This document shows positions 47,251 through 62,400 of a DNA stretch of 64,000 bases, piece after piece. Positions within the stretch are counted from its first letter, which is position 1. Every line of letters starts with the position of its first letter. The stretch is from contig JBHGNT010000001.1 in NCBI GenBank assembly GCA_043228905.1, forward strand, positions 27,714,001-27,778,000, written 5' to 3'. The notes under the pieces are model-generated. The model saw only the letters and a program-made list of their open reading frames with translations. It searched no databases and was not told the DNA's origin. A program made the position numbers and the translations under genes. This DNA is from Azolla caroliniana (Eukaryota > Plantae > Polypodiophyta).

Positions 47251-49245
47251 TGAGTGTCCTTATGTGGCCCACGGACAATAGGGACAACGTGGTCTACTAC
47301 AAAGAGGTATAGAAGTTGTGTTGGAGAAATGGATATAACATCTGGTTCCGTTAGACTCACATCATGGCCGATTTGATGTGTATATACAATAGCCAAATAT
47401 ATTTGTATACCATACCTCCAAGATTACTATGTAGTATTCTCTACTCCTCCCAAACTATAAATGATCATGGAATGTAGCCAATACCACCAATAATCGTAGC
47501 AACAAAAGCCAACAACAAAGTTAGCACACATCATTTCCCAAAATGATGGGAACAATGTGGAAGTTTTCCTTCTATATATGAGTGATGAGTTTTGTTTGTA
47601 GTTTCATGATATTCATTAAGTTTGGTTGCTCAATGTTTAATAACTCATTATGGCTAATAAAAATTAAGAGGGGTATATCTATGAAGATCTCCCCATTTAG
47701 TTGATTTAAATAATGAAATCAAACATTGGATGTACCACAAAGTTTGGTAAGTTTTTGTATTTTTGGAACCTAATTTTCTTATATATGGTCACGTGACATA
47801 TAAAGTAACATGGTTGTAAAAATATCAAATAGCTAGTTTCAATACTGTCTTGTAGATGGTATGAACAAAATGCCTCTAGAACTCAAATTACAAGGCTATC
47901 ATATATACACATGAAGCGAAAAGGCTTTAAAAAACAAAATATTTTACAATAATTGAAATCCACTTCAACATGTGAGACTGTCTATATTAAATGCTAATAT
48001 GGTTGCATTATAGATAACTCCAAATCATGTGAACCTTTTATCAGCCAATTATCCTTTTTTAAGATATTAATTATTTTGTTTTTTTAATAGTCAAAAGAAA
48101 TAATGTCTTTTTCTAACATCAAAATAATATATAAGCAAAAGTCATGAGTCACTATAGAGACAGTGTGAAGAATAACATATGTCAAATTCGAGAATTGAGA
48201 GTTTTGGAAACTTGTTGATTTGACAAAAACTTGAAATATCATGGCTCGAAGTATTTCCTTCTCTTTTTGCTATCTCTATTAAAAGCGTAACAATGTCCTT
48301 GCTTCAATTTAGAACATCTAAATATTCGTTGTAGAATTTTAAGGTTCACGAATCATTCTTTCAAATCATTCTTGTTGGTATTTCCTTTACAATAATTCCT
48401 AGAATATAATATATATATTCTTACTTTCCTCATTGATATTAGGTGGCTTCCCCACCACCGATTCATCATTATTTTTTGTGGAAAGTTGTCTTTGACAAGT
48501 TATAATTTCAAACATATAAGTATACACATTGACCTATACATTCATAAACACTTCACAATTCACACACACCCATATATACATGGGCCCATTAAATTTAGGT
48601 AGTCACTACAGTCTTCAATTCATAATAATGAGTTTTGGAGTTTGATACCCACCAAGCGTAAAGTGGAGTTGACCACATGTTCGTGTGTAACCTCAGAAAG
48701 GAGTAGTGTCATAGATTGATGGGCTATGTTATAACTCTACATAGGATGAACATCTTGTCCTACTTAGAATTATATTAAAAGAAGTCGCCAATACCAATTA
48801 TCCATGAACCTACTTAGTTGTCAATTAGAGACTAAGCTTACATTAAATGAATCCTAGAGATGCCACAACCCACTAATAAAGTAGCTCTAAGGGTTTAGTT
48901 TGGTATCCGTTAGACAATTCACCTCCAATGCTATGGTCTAGGGTTACACTAAACACTATTGCAAACATTAGGATTTATGATTGTTTATGATGGTGACAAA
49001 GTTGTTGCTATACTTGATGTTGTGAGACGACATTGTGTTGAACATCGATGTCGAGCCCCATGTTCACTAACCAAAACTAGATTTAGTCCGAGCCTAGGTT
49101 CCAAAGTAGACATTATTATTATTTGAACCTCGCCCCTCTCATTCCCCCCCTTCTCCCCTAGCCCCCTTTCCATTCACTTAAACACGGAGACATGGACACA
49201 AAAATATGGGGGGATCCTTTATGCTCTTAATAAAAATAAACATAT

Positions 49246-49277
49246 TGTGGTGTGCATGTGTTTATGTGCATTTCACA
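49246..49277 (+). mobile_element. 32-bp fused-ends remnant of the LTR family seen at 38037-38232
   Basis: TGTGGTGTGCATGTGTT plus TTATGTGCATTTCACA are the exact first 17 and last 16 nt of that LTR. Flanks are ATAT and ATAC. Confidence 0.75.
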
Positions 49278-50549
49278 ATACTTTCACCACTTATTGGCTT
49301 ATTTATTTTTTCTCCCCTTTTCAAGTTGTTAGAGTGATTCCCTAATGTATTCTTATGCATCCCTCACATCAACATCGTCTTTCATCCCTCTTCACATGAT
49401 TTCCATCGCTTAAAAAGAATTGTAAGACATGTTCTCCATGAGATTTAAAGTAACAAAGGAACCATGTTGCCATGGTCATCATGAACGGAAAATCCAGAAA
49501 ACTCATTCTCCCTCAATCAAGAACTTCTAAGGTTACTTGTCGACCATTTAACGAGAGGCACGATTTGAACCTAAACTTCCAAGTGATCCACGATCTACCA
49601 TGAAACCAATCTTGAATTTGTCCAAACGAGACTTTTGGAATTAATTGAGATATACATGTTTTGTACTTAGAATTTATCTATTTAATTTACACGCCCCATA
49701 TTTCTTATATAGCAATTATATATTTAACTACGATAATATATTTCTTAATTAACTTAACGATTAGATGTGTGTTAATTTTTTCGTTTACATTAAGATGTCC
49801 TCAAGGCTTCCACGTACATGGATTGGTGATGTAAGTGCTTTTATGCGTTGAAGTAATACGTGGTCTTTATAATTGGAGATTGACATATTGGGATCCCTTA
49901 GTTAGCCCAACATGAGGAAGGCGACCTCTCGAGACTCGACAGTGAAACTTGGAAGTGTAAAACTCCAAGAGATGAGAAAAGTAATGTTAAACTTTGAGGG
50001 TACCACTGTGACACTCGTATCTCCTTTATTTGATGTTACCAATTTGTCAAGATTGTCAAGGCGTGTTCCCATGGTCTCTTCAATCCTAAGCTCTTCAAAT
50101 AGTTCTTGCTCACAAACTTTGGAACATGGGGTTTGAATCGCACCTACCACTCGATACATGAATAGTAATCCAAATTCCCAATGGAAGCAAAATGGTTTTT
50201 CCACAATTACTAGGTGTGAGCATACCAAGTAGTTCCTCTATTGCGTAGAATCAAACTAAGAACATGTATTGCAATGTTTCTTGACTGAAGTAAGTCTATA
50301 CATATATTATAACTTAAATCTTGTGATGGTTGTAAGTCTCATGGATTGCAATAAGATTTCTTGGAGAAGGGATCAAATTTATACAATATTTTATAGTATT
50401 TGAACCTTTTCACATAGGGCAAGGAGAGATTTGGATGAGAAATAGTTAGAGAGGATATCCTTGATTTGGCATGGTGAGTCTAAATTCAACACCAATGTCA
50501 CCTTGGTCATCTTCAAGTTCCCATGCTCATAATTTTCTACTCCATATAT

Positions 50550-52460
50550 TCCATTTGTCATCTAAGCCTGAGCGTGTGAATTCCAAAATCAACAAACTGG
50601 ACAATGAGGCCTCTTCATTAACAATAGAGTTCTCTCTTTTCTAACATTAACTATTGCCTTTCACTTTGGAGCATGCATTTTATCTTATCCTTGCATGGGT
50701 GTTTTGTTTCCGTTCAATATATGCCAACATTTTCACATTTACTGCATGCCTGCTTGTCGTCACAAAGGCATTGTACCTCATCCTTTTCCCTTTGTTGCCA
50801 TTAGTGGGGTTTGTACCCTTGTCCCTTTGTTATTAGTATCTAGCTCTTACCACCTTTTCTTCCTCTCGCTTTTCTTTCAAGTGAACTCTTTGATCAGAAT
50901 CCCTATCCATTCTAAAACTTCACGTTTCTCTTTGCAGAAAGGACATCTTGATAATTAGGTTGACAAAATCCGAAGCATCTATCAAGTAAACTCCAAGAAA
51001 GCATGTGGACTAGTGTCAGGAGCATTGAGTAACTTGGCCAAGCATGAGGCATCGGTATACGTGATTTTATATATTGGAATGAAAAGTTAATGTGAATGTA
51101 CATGGAAGTGCAATTGAGCATGTCATGAGTGTGGAGATTAGCGTATCATTCTAGTATCAAAACCAAACACAAATTTATGCCATATGTACAACAAAATGAC
51201 CATTTTTCTTCGCATCAAACATGGAATGAAAATTCCAACGTGTTTTAATAGGAATATAATATACATGGTCTAAAGACTCAAGGGATTGTCTCAAGTGTTC
51301 AATATTGACCATGTTTGATGTCAATATGTGAGAACAATTTAAGAACCTCCATTGGGAAACTGCTAGATTGATTTTATTTTCCTCCTTAGAGATCAACGTA
51401 AAACCTTTTCATATTGTGTGTGTGGATTTGGTAAATGTTGTAGTTGAGAGTGCATACAATGATTGAAAGAGAACGTATACAATATACAAGGATACTTACA
51501 AGGTTAGGGATGAAAATGTGGGGAGCGCAAACTCGAAGATGATCAAATTAGGTGGAATAGTATACAAGCACTTGTATCATCAAAATGTCAACATAGTAAC
51601 CCCATGTAAGCTCCTTCCAAGCCATGCTTCTTACATTCATGCATTTTGTGTATGATCATAGGGAACCTTAAGCCCAAGGTATTTGGAGCTTTCTATGGTT
51701 TCATTATATTACATGATGCATGGTCAATCCTTGTTGAGAGTTTTCACACGCATAATAGTTTCTTTCAACCATTGATAATCAATCAACTTATTATGAATTA
51801 AAAAGTTTTGTGTATTTTCTACAACACGGTGGCTTATTTGTTTTTAACAATTTCTTCTAGATAAGTACAGTGCACATTTGAAAGGCGTACATCATGTACA
51901 TTAAAGGTTTAGTTTAGTAATTAGCAATATGTTGGTGTTGGAAAAGAAGCACCGTGTATGTCCAAAACTAGTTGCAAGCTTCTTAATGAAGAACATAAGT
52001 TCAACAAGCCCAATATTTATAACTCACCAACAATTAAGACCCAAGGGATAGAATCCATTGGAGCAAGACATCTCAATAGAAAATGTGTATATAATCTAAC
52101 ATATTGGTTGAGAATCGAGATCATTACATGATTGTTCTCCTTCAATTCCATGTAATGACTTCACGAATTTATCAGTGCTTATGTTCTCTTTCTCTTCTTA
52201 TGCTTCATAAAATTTCCTTAGGGCAAGACAATCATGTGGAGGTTCAATCTTTGAATTATGAGTCACTTGAAACTATAAGGTTCTCACAATATTCGAGATA
52301 AGCATGTACAACAAGAGTCAACAAATGAAAGTAGCATGTCCTCACGCTTTCTAGGTTTTTTGTGGCTAAGGTAATTTTGTGAAGCTTTTTGATGACTTGT
52401 TGGGTATGATATTTGATTGAGCAACTTTTGGCACGATCCATGAGGTTTCTCCACATCATC
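50550..52460 (-). mobile_element. Possible degraded hAT transposase remnant
   Basis: IPIKTRWNFHSMF resembles the hAT V.TRWNS motif; upstream AW....YMGVT-like and RPF-like fragments. Weak evidence, approximate limits. Confidence 0.35.
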
Positions 52461-52940
52461 TACAATAAGTATGAAAAAACAAGGCTAAAGTTCAAGAAAT
52501 GTCCTAAACCAAATTCACCGAACTTGTCTAAATGCAATTGGGTTTTTCATGGAGGAGAGCGTAAGGTTACATGGTGGGTGGAAGGATGATGTGAATGAGG
52601 AAATACCTTTAGATTTTTCCTTGTTCCAAAATCGTTCATTTTATTCACTTCTTTTTCTCCTTCTTTTTGCCCCTCGGATCTCCTACATATCCATCCATCC
52701 CACGACTCACTTAGAACAAAATAAAGAGTTTAATGAGCATTAAATAAAAGGAAAAAGAAAAAGCAAATTTTCATTAATGATTTATCCTTTGGGGTTGTGA
52801 GTTTTCATACCGCCAATCAATCATGTCTACGTAAATAAATTATTCCTTTTTTTGACCCTAACTTCCTTATTGTGTAGAAAATGTGTAGGAACTAAATAGC
52901 CAAGACTATACTTATTCAATTTTTAGAGGCTCCTTTAGAT

Positions 52941-52980
<40 letters not shown>

Positions 52981-55900
52981 GCACATGCACACACACCCCC
53001 CCCTAATCTCTAACCTGTTAGTTGTCTCCATGTCTAGTTTAAGTGTTCACAATGTTGCACACAACTTGCACACGAGATAGTTTGGGTCCTTGGGAACTTC
53101 TAGATTTTACTTGTAAGAGAATTTGGGAGTATCGACTATTTAGATATCACATCAACCATATAATCCACTTATCCCTCAAGAACACTCATATAGATAATAG
53201 GTTCATTCATGTTATCTATTCCGTCACCCTCGATGATCTCACTTCGGCATCTTCTAGATTTTCCTTAGACCATTTTTCAAAGCACCGTATTGCCACTAAA
53301 GGCATTTTGCATATTAATGTATTTTTGTGGGCTTTGAGCCCTTGACCTTATACTCGAGTTTTCATCGATTACCATAATTTATTATTGAATGAATACAAAC
53401 ATGCACATACCTGTGGGTCTTTGATTGTAAAGATGTTAATTTGATAACTACTCATGGATTCTAGGGAGGGTTCAACATGGTAATATTTTTTCACCCTTGG
53501 TAATCCTTGATCCAAAGGAATAAAGGGATATTAGGCAACTTGCCGTAAATTTTATATTTCCTATTACAATGGGATAATGCTTTTATCCAAAGGAAAACTA
53601 AAGAAATGACCCTCCTTGAAGAAGTTGCCATCGGTATTGGGCCTATGGTAATTTAGTGCAATATATCCCAACATTAGGAAGAAAAAAGTCCTCTTCCCGG
53701 AATATCATACCTTTTACATTGTATATTTGCATGATAGTAATATTGTAAAATGTCATCACATTTTGTTTTTACGTCATGCATTGTCTGTATGAATCCAATA
53801 TAGTTGAGTACTAACTTTTCACTTGGAAGGGTGTAAGTTTGTGCCTCCTTAGGAATTGGCTCGTCCACATCATAATAAGTCCATGACATATTTCAACAAC
53901 CTCAAATTTAAAAGACATGCTTCGATATATTCATGTTTAACACTTGACAAAGCTCCATTATTCACAAAGAAGTCTAAAAGTACACTTTATCACATCATAA
54001 ACTTCAATGAAAATGTTATTTATTATACATGCTAAAGGTTATTTCTCAACACCTCTCTAAATACATATTACATTCGGCTACGTGATATGTACATACAAGC
54101 AAGTTCGCACATACATAATGACCAAAAGTAATGCATGAAAGTTTTGCTCTATTGTGTTAGGTGGGCTCTTGTGATTTCAAGCTTCAAACAATATAATGTA
54201 CTCATAGTTTTACCATTTAAACTTGAATTGTTATGAGATTTAAAGAAAACTTAGGAATGTCAATATTTTTCAATCTTTTCAACTTCTAGGTTGGAATGAA
54301 TTGCAACTAATGCCATGGTTAAAACATTACTCTACTTGTAAAACTGGGTAATAATGTCCATTAAGTTTGTTTATGTTTCTTTTTCTTCAAAGATTTAGTT
54401 TGTTTATGTTTCCATCCAACTCCTACATTAATTAGAGAAAGTTACTAGTAGTAACCTAAGAATGTTAGTAGTGGCTAGAACCTAAGTTGATAAATGGTAG
54501 GTAGAATGACATTGTTGTGGGTTGTGTATGTCCAACTCATGGAAAGAACTTCATAGGACATTAGTTGGATACTATCTTATGTTTTTATGTAACAATGAAC
54601 TCATTAGAGATCTTCTAAAAAGTCTCACTCGTTTGTTACATCGTTAAAAACATGAATGAGTTCCATAACTGACTTGAACACAACAAAGGAGTGGATTGGC
54701 TTACATATTAATTTAATCAATTCCAGCAATCACTATCTCCAACATGGTTCTTCTCTGCATGTGTGTGTGTGGGGAGGGGAGGGGTGACACTCTGTGAAAA
54801 CATAATTCTAACACTTCGTGTATTGTTCTATTCTAACGAAACTTTATGGTATTGATTTCTACGCATAAGGACCTCTTGTCATGCTAAAGCTATGAAATCA
54901 TGCATGGAAAACTTTTGTTGCGGATTGTACAATTCCACCCAAACAAAGAAGAAGAATTTTGGTTTATAATTTCTCATATTCTAGACTCCATATGATACAT
55001 CATGTCATTTTGAGCAACCACTAAAAGAGATTCCACCATATTGTAACACACACTATAGAACAGACTATTCAGCAATCTATACAACTAGTTGCATGGATAT
55101 CTAATTTTTAATCAAGTTATTATAGGAGTTATGATGCATACATTTTGATTATATATGTATCCTTGAAAGATTGATTGAGGTTTTTCATTAATTACTACTT
55201 TTGTATATGTTTCTCTGATGAGATTGTAGAAAACATTCATTATTGCTTAGTAACTTGAAAGTGTGACAAAGACATATTACATTGATAAAAGTTCTATGAT
55301 GAGTTTCAAATTCCATAAATGTTTAATTATGTGGCTATGTGAGAATGTTAGAACTTAGGGTTACCCATAACATGTTACAACTTTGCCTCAAGGTAATGCT
55401 ATTGTTATTCACCAATTTTCCAAGCCATAATTTAATGAGGAAATATGGTATTTTCTTTATTTTCGTGTTCAATTCACCAAGGCAACAAAGCAAACACCTT
55501 AAGTGGATTATTTGCTATATTTGCTACAAATTATGCTCTTACAAAAGATTGTGGACTTAGAGGCATGACCACTAAACTCTACTAAACATTTTGAGAGAAA
55601 AATGAATACACCACATATGAGGTCACAATGTGAAAGAGGTACATAGTATATATAATGTAAGAGACATTGAGAATCCCCACATACTAACAATCTATTCTAA
55701 AAGACGCATAATGTTATGGTTCAAAAATTAACGTTTGATTATGATTTAAACGTGACCTTTCTTTGCAACCTTGAGGTAGTAGGTTCAATCTCAAGCATTT
55801 AGTATTCATTCTATAAATATGATTTGCTTTGTTTGAGATAATACACACTAGAAGAGAGAAAAAAGAGAGAGTCTATCAACAATAGGGATTAATTTACCAA

Positions 55901-56362
55901 GTTCCAAAAAATAAGTGATTACAAAGATTATATGATCAATGCCAAATGCCTTTTCCCAACTTACTAAACTCATTCCATTGTACATAGCTTAGAAATACTA
56001 TGGAATGCCCTTAGTAAATGTTGTAGAATATTGTTGGTCGGAATATCAAAATAGACATAGTCGCAACAAGAGAAATGTGTTTCAAGAGTATGAATTGAAA
56101 AGACATCAAATGAAAAGAGAATTAGAAAAATAAATCCAGAGATCTCCAAAGAGACAAGTAATGGGAATCAAAACACAAATCTATTTAATGGGAACAAAAT
56201 ACCCATCCATAGATGATGCAGATATAAGATCTTCACTAATGACACATCGACAAAAGTTATGACCAACATGAGCAAAACCTTGAAAAGTGTACATTAAGCT
56301 CATTCAATAATCAAATTTATAGAGGGGAACACACAACTCATGATGAATTATGGTTGACCGTG

Positions 56363-56460
56363 TTTTTTTTTCTCAAAAGAACATATCCTTCCATTAGTTT
56401 TAAAAAGCATATCAGCTACAAATATAAAATAAATGGAAAGGAAGCGACTATCCTTACCAA
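56363..56460 (-). mobile_element. Short LINE-like 3' tail with poly(A)
   Basis: Minus strand CTAATGGAAGGATATGTTCTTTTGAG followed by an A-run, homologous to 19760-19833. Confidence 0.45.
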
Positions 56461-56464
56461 GCCC

Positions 56465-59400
56465 GTTATGTGTAACAATGGCTAGCCATGAATCCTTTGT
56501 TTGATAGATTTGATTGAGCACTTCCTCAAGCTTCCCATTCTCAGAATGTCCTGCAAATCAGTGCATTCCAAGAAACTTGTTCCTTGACTGAAAGACTGTT
56601 AAATACTACTCGTGCCTCAACAAGTGACCCACATTTAGCATACATATCTACTAATGTATTGCCAATGAAATAATACTTTTCAATAGCTTTGTGTACAATT
56701 TCTTTGTGAATTTCATCGCCTACTCATGGAGCTCTAATGCTACCACATGCTTTCAAGAAGCAAACAAGTGTGACAATATCTGGAGGGATGCCCAATCTTT
56801 GCATTTGCTCAAAGAGGGAGAGATATCCATGTTCCACATATCCTGCCGTCAATATATTCCATGAAATTGCATCTTTCACAGGAAGATCATCGAAAATTTC
56901 CTATGTTGTTGAGAGAAAACCACATTTGGCATACATATCACTAAGGTGTTGGTAATGAAGGTCTCAGTCTGTAACCCTTTCTTCACAATACCGTCATATA
57001 TTACACTACCTTGATTGATGTCTCTGGTATCGCTACAAACTTTCAAGCAAGAAACAAGTACAAATGTATTTGGCGAGATATTATGTGTTTGCATCTCCTT
57101 CATGAGGTTTAGTGCTTCCTCACCATGCTCATGTTTTGCATAACTAGTGATTAATGCAGCCCTTAGGATCACATCTTTGATTGCCAGGTTGTCAAAAGAC
57201 TAAATTTCCATTCCTCACTTCAATCATCCGTTAGTACCTTTATATCTTATTCACTTTCCTTTAGGCTTGCAGAATGCATATAATCTTGTCACAGAGAGAC
57301 CAAGAAGTTGACCTAAATCGAAGGGCGAACTTCCCCTTTAAAGGCCAAAATCACTATCTCAGAGAGAAATTTGCCCACAATAAGTTATAGTATCTGGAGA
57401 AATACCATGAATTTGCATTAGCTCGAAGCAAATCAGTCTTCCTCATCATGTTCATGTTCAACATATCTAGATATATACAGTCCACAAACCTACACTTTGG
57501 ATTGGATGCATCTCAAATAGTTATTGTGCTTGTGTTAAGAAACCGTTTTTTGCATACATATCAACCAATACGTTGCCAATAACTGAGTGTTTGTCTACAA
57601 ATGATGCCTTTTCGATCACACAATGTATTTCTCTGCCCTTCTGAATGGCGCTAATGTTGATATAAGCCTTCAAGCTACATGCATATGTTATGGTGTCAGG
57701 AGTAATACCTTCTAGTTGCATTTGTTTAAAAAATTCCAATGCCCTTTCATAATGCTCATAGTTCATGTAAAATGCAATGAGATTGTTCCACAAGCCTACA
57801 TTCTTTTGTGGAATCACATTGAAGACTTCTTGAGAATCTATGAAAGAACCCAATAGTAACCCGATCTTTCTCCAACAACCCCTTCTTTATAATCTGGATA
57901 TGTAATTCTTTTCCTCTCTCTCCATTTCTTATTCTACTACATATCTTAAGACCATATGTGGATGTAATAACATTAGGGAGGACACCCTCAAGTAGCATTT
58001 GATCAAAACAATTAATTGCTCCTAGATCATCACCTTGTTTGATGAAACTCACTATTGAAGCATTCCACAATCCTGTATCTCGAAAGAGAAGCTTTGAAAA
58101 TATTTCTTGTACCTCACCAAATAAACCACAAAGAACTTATGTTGCGCCGTGCTCAACATATCCTATTGTTAAGTAATTAGGTAATTAACTAGGGTTAATT
58201 AGAGACTAATTATATGGTTACGTTAAGCAACGGAAGATTAGTATGATATGCCCTCTCAAGCTCAAGTGTGAGGCGTCCAACGTCCGGTTTAGCTTCCTTC
58301 GGCTTCGTCGGCATTGGTGCAGCTTGCGGCTTTCTTCGCGGCTTCGCAGCTTCGTTGCGTGGCTCTCCGCGGCTTTGTTGCGCGGTGTTGCACGGCTTTC
58401 TTCGCGTCTTCGCATCTTCGTTGCACGATTCTCTATGGCTTTGTTCTCCCCCTCAAGCCTGTGACGAAGGCTTGGATCCTCGGGCTCTTGTTCGGCCACT
58501 ACCTTCATCGCGAGGGCATAGTGATGGGCCATATACTCGTTGTAGGCGTAACGAGTGACTTGGGTCTTCGCTCGTGATGAGCAGTGGAGTTTCTCGTTTG
58601 TCGATGTGAGCACCTTCTTTACTCCTGGTGTCCTCATGATGGGTACACCGAATTCATTGTCTAGTGAGCGAGCCGAATCATCCGAATCACGGTCGTCGGG
58701 GTGGACCTCGACTTCGTATTCGGGCATCTTACCTTTGCCTTTGTCTGATGTCGGGCTTGGCCGCGACGTGTTTTTATCACGTGGAGGCTCTTGTGGGCCA
58801 ATTAGCTCGGTAGAGCTTGGATTTTCCTTCGGTGGAGGACTTGGCCAAGTATCGTCGTCCGAGTTGGCGTTCAACTCTTCCTCGATCGGGTCGGATGGAG
58901 TCACATCAGGCTTATACCAAGATGTTGATTCGTCGAAAACGACGTCGCGACTTATCCGCACCACTCGGGTCGAAGGGTTGAAGCACTTGTATGCCTTTTT
59001 CGCGAACAAGTATCCTATGAGGATACATTCTTCCGACTTAGCGTCGGGCTTCTCTCAACTTTCGTTCGGGATGCGTACATTCGCAATGCTTCCGAACACC
59101 TTGAGGTGCGAGAGGATGGGCTTCCTTCCAACGAAGATCTCGTATGGAGTAAGCTCGTGGACTCCATTGGTGGTGCACCGGTTCATGAGATAGACGGTCA
59201 TGGATGCCGCTTCGGCCCAATAGAAATTCGGCATGTGCTTCTCATGCATCATGGCGCGTGCTACCTCGAGAATTTGCCGATTCTTTCTCTCGGCTACTCC
59301 GTTTTGTTGGGGAGTGTGTCGGCATGGGAATTCTCTACGAATGCCTTCACCTTGGAGGTAGGAGGTGAACTCGTCGGAGAAGTACTCCTTTCCTCCGTCC

Positions 59401-62400
59401 GATCGTAGGCATCGAATGTGCCGACCGATTTCTTTCTCCACTTGGCTTTTGAGCCTTTGAAAGTGGGAGAGCACTTCACTCTTCTTCTTCATCGGGTATA
59501 TCCACGCGTAGCACGAGTGGTCGTCGATGAAGGTGACCTAGTAGCGGCATCCGCCGAGCGTCGACGTTTGAGATGGTCCCCATACATCCGAGTGGATTAT
59601 GTCAAGGAGGCCTTTGCTTGTGGAGCTCTCCTTCGGGAATGGGAGTCAATGTTGTTTGCCAAGTTGGCATGCTTTGCACACTCGGTTGACTCGTTTCGAT
59701 TCGAAGGCCGGAAGTTCGATTATGACTCCCTTTGATTGCATTCCACGAAGCCGTTGGAGGTTTACGTGGCCGATTCGCTTGTGCCACAACTCGATGTTTG
59801 TCTCGGTCTTGAGACCTTTGGCGTACATGGCTGATTTTACCTCGTTCGAGTCAAGGATGAACAAGCGACCGTCTCTCCGTCCCTTGGCTATGAGTCGACC
59901 GTCTTTCTCGATGAAGCAACCTTCATTGTTGAAGCGGACTTGCATGCCTTGCTCCACGATTTGGCCGACCAAGACCAAATTCTTTGTTATTGTGGGCACG
60001 TGCAAGACATTTTTTGATGCAGGTTTGCTCGCCTTCTTTCCTGAATGGGACATCGCCGATGTGTCGAATGGGATGCGGAGTGTTATCTCCGGTCTCTATG
60101 TAGCCGGGTCAATCCGGCGTTCGCAAGTCACGAAACCACTCTTGGTGCGACGTCATGTGGTGTGAGGCGCCAGAGTCTACGAACCACGCGTGTTCGGAGT
60201 TGGAGGTGCTTGCGGAGTTTGTGGGATCGGAGGCCATCATAGAGTTCGCTCTATGCCTCATCACGAAGAGTCTGCCGTAGTCCGCGTATTCCGTGTTCGC
60301 GGCGTAATTTGTGAGTTGCCGGCTTGTTGAGGCCGACTCACTTCGTCTTTTTTGGCACTCCTCTTCGCGATGGCCAATTTTGCCGCAATAGTTGCACGTA
60401 GGTGGCGTTGTTCCCTGACCTTCTTCGGCGTGGAAGCTCCCCCTTCTTGTGAAGGTTCCTCGATGACTTCCGTTTCCTTGCCGAAATTGTGAATTCCCTT
60501 CGTGGGATAGGTCGAATTGACCTCTTCCACTTCGACCTCGTCTATGGGCACCATCCGTATCGGAGAAGAGCATTTGTCATTCCGATGTGTTGGTCTTTGA
60601 TTGAATGTGGTTTTCTTCGACCAATAGCATTGATTGGAGGTTGAAGAACGAGGGAGGGGTATCTCTTGCCAAGATTGCCGTTCTCAACGGGTTGAATCGT
60701 TGTGCGAGGCCGCCCAAGCATACTTGCACCATCTCGTCCTCTTCGATGTTGACGTTGATGGAGCCAAGAGAGTCGCAAATGCTCTTGATCTTGGCGGTGT
60801 AGTCCGTCATGGACATTTCTTTTTGTCGTATGTTGTTCAACTCTTGCCGGAGTTGAAGCTTGCGCGCGGATGTGTCTGTGGCGAAAATCTTCTTGAGATT
60901 TTCTCACGCCTCTTTGGGCGTCTTGGCGTCACGAATGTGGCTAAGCACATGGTCGTTTACACATGTTGCCAAGCAATACATTACCCGACTCGCGCCTTGC
61001 TCCCATGTTGGGTAGTTGGCGTGTGTGATTTCGGGTTTGTTTTCTTGTGCGCCGTTGATGTAGCTCCAATACCCTTGGTCGACAAGGTATTGATTCATCT
61101 TGTACTCCCAAGATGAATAGTTGTTTCGGTCTAGCTTTTCGCTAGGGAGTGAGCTTCCCATTTGTGTGTTCATGTTGATTGTTGTGTCTTCCGTTTTGTT
61201 TTTCTTCTCTTGGTCGCGTACACGTCCTTCGTAGCGGCACTACGGTAGCGGATAACGAATAGCCGGGATTTGTCGTCGGCGTCTCGAACACACAATCACG
61301 AATAAGCGGTGGGCTTAGTGGATTTCCTAAACCACGCGCTCTGATACCATGTTAAGTAATTAGGTAATTAACTAGGGTTAATTAGAGACTAATTATATGG
61401 TTACATTAAGCAGCGGAAGATTAGTATGATATGCGCGTGAGAGTGTGTGAGAGGAAGAGAGAGAGAGTAAGTTACACTTATGAACACAAAGATAAATGGG
61501 GGATGATTGACTATATTGAAATGTGTCATCAACATACAAAAATACCCACAATGAGGTATATATACAACCCATGTGCAAAGGTGCACATGTGTGGGTAGAA
61601 CATAGGTACATATTTGTAAGTCCTACATTAAATGTACTAAGGAGTGGAGGATCTAGAATATCCCACTTAAGTACAAGGTCCTATTTAAAGGCTTAAGGTC
61701 AACACATTAACTAGATTCGATCTAGGTAACTACTAAGTTACATGTGTTGACTAACTAGATTAAACTAGTTGAGCTTGATATCTCAACACCTATAATCAAT
61801 GCATTCCACAAGAGAACATCTCTAATTGCAAGAGTATCAAATTCATCTTGTGCATCTAATAGAGAGCAACACCTAGCATACATCCGTATCACACAATTCC
61901 CAATACAAACATCACTTTCAAAACCATCCCATACAGTCTTTGTACTTTCTCAACATCTCCTACTCTTCCACACGCTTTTAAGAATCACGAATATGTTACA
62001 ACATTTGGAACAATCTCCTCCAATTGCATTTGTTGAATACATTCCAAAACTTCACTGAAAGGTCCTTGTTCGGCGTATCCCACAATCAATGCATTCCACG
62101 ATACATAGATATGAACCATTTGAATGCTTCTTGAGCATGCTCATGTTCAACATAATTTGCAATTAACACATTGCAAGATATTCCATAGACAGAAACCAAA
62201 GTAGTTGCATTCGGAGACAAGCCCTCATAGCTCATAGATTGGAACCATTTCAATGCTTCTTCAACATGCTCATGTTAATCATAATTTGCAATCAACACAT
62301 TCCAAGCTATTCCATCTCGATCTTGAAGGTTTTATCAAAGACTTCTTGTGCTTTTGCAAGTGCCCCACATTTACCCTACATATCCACCAATGCGGCAAAT

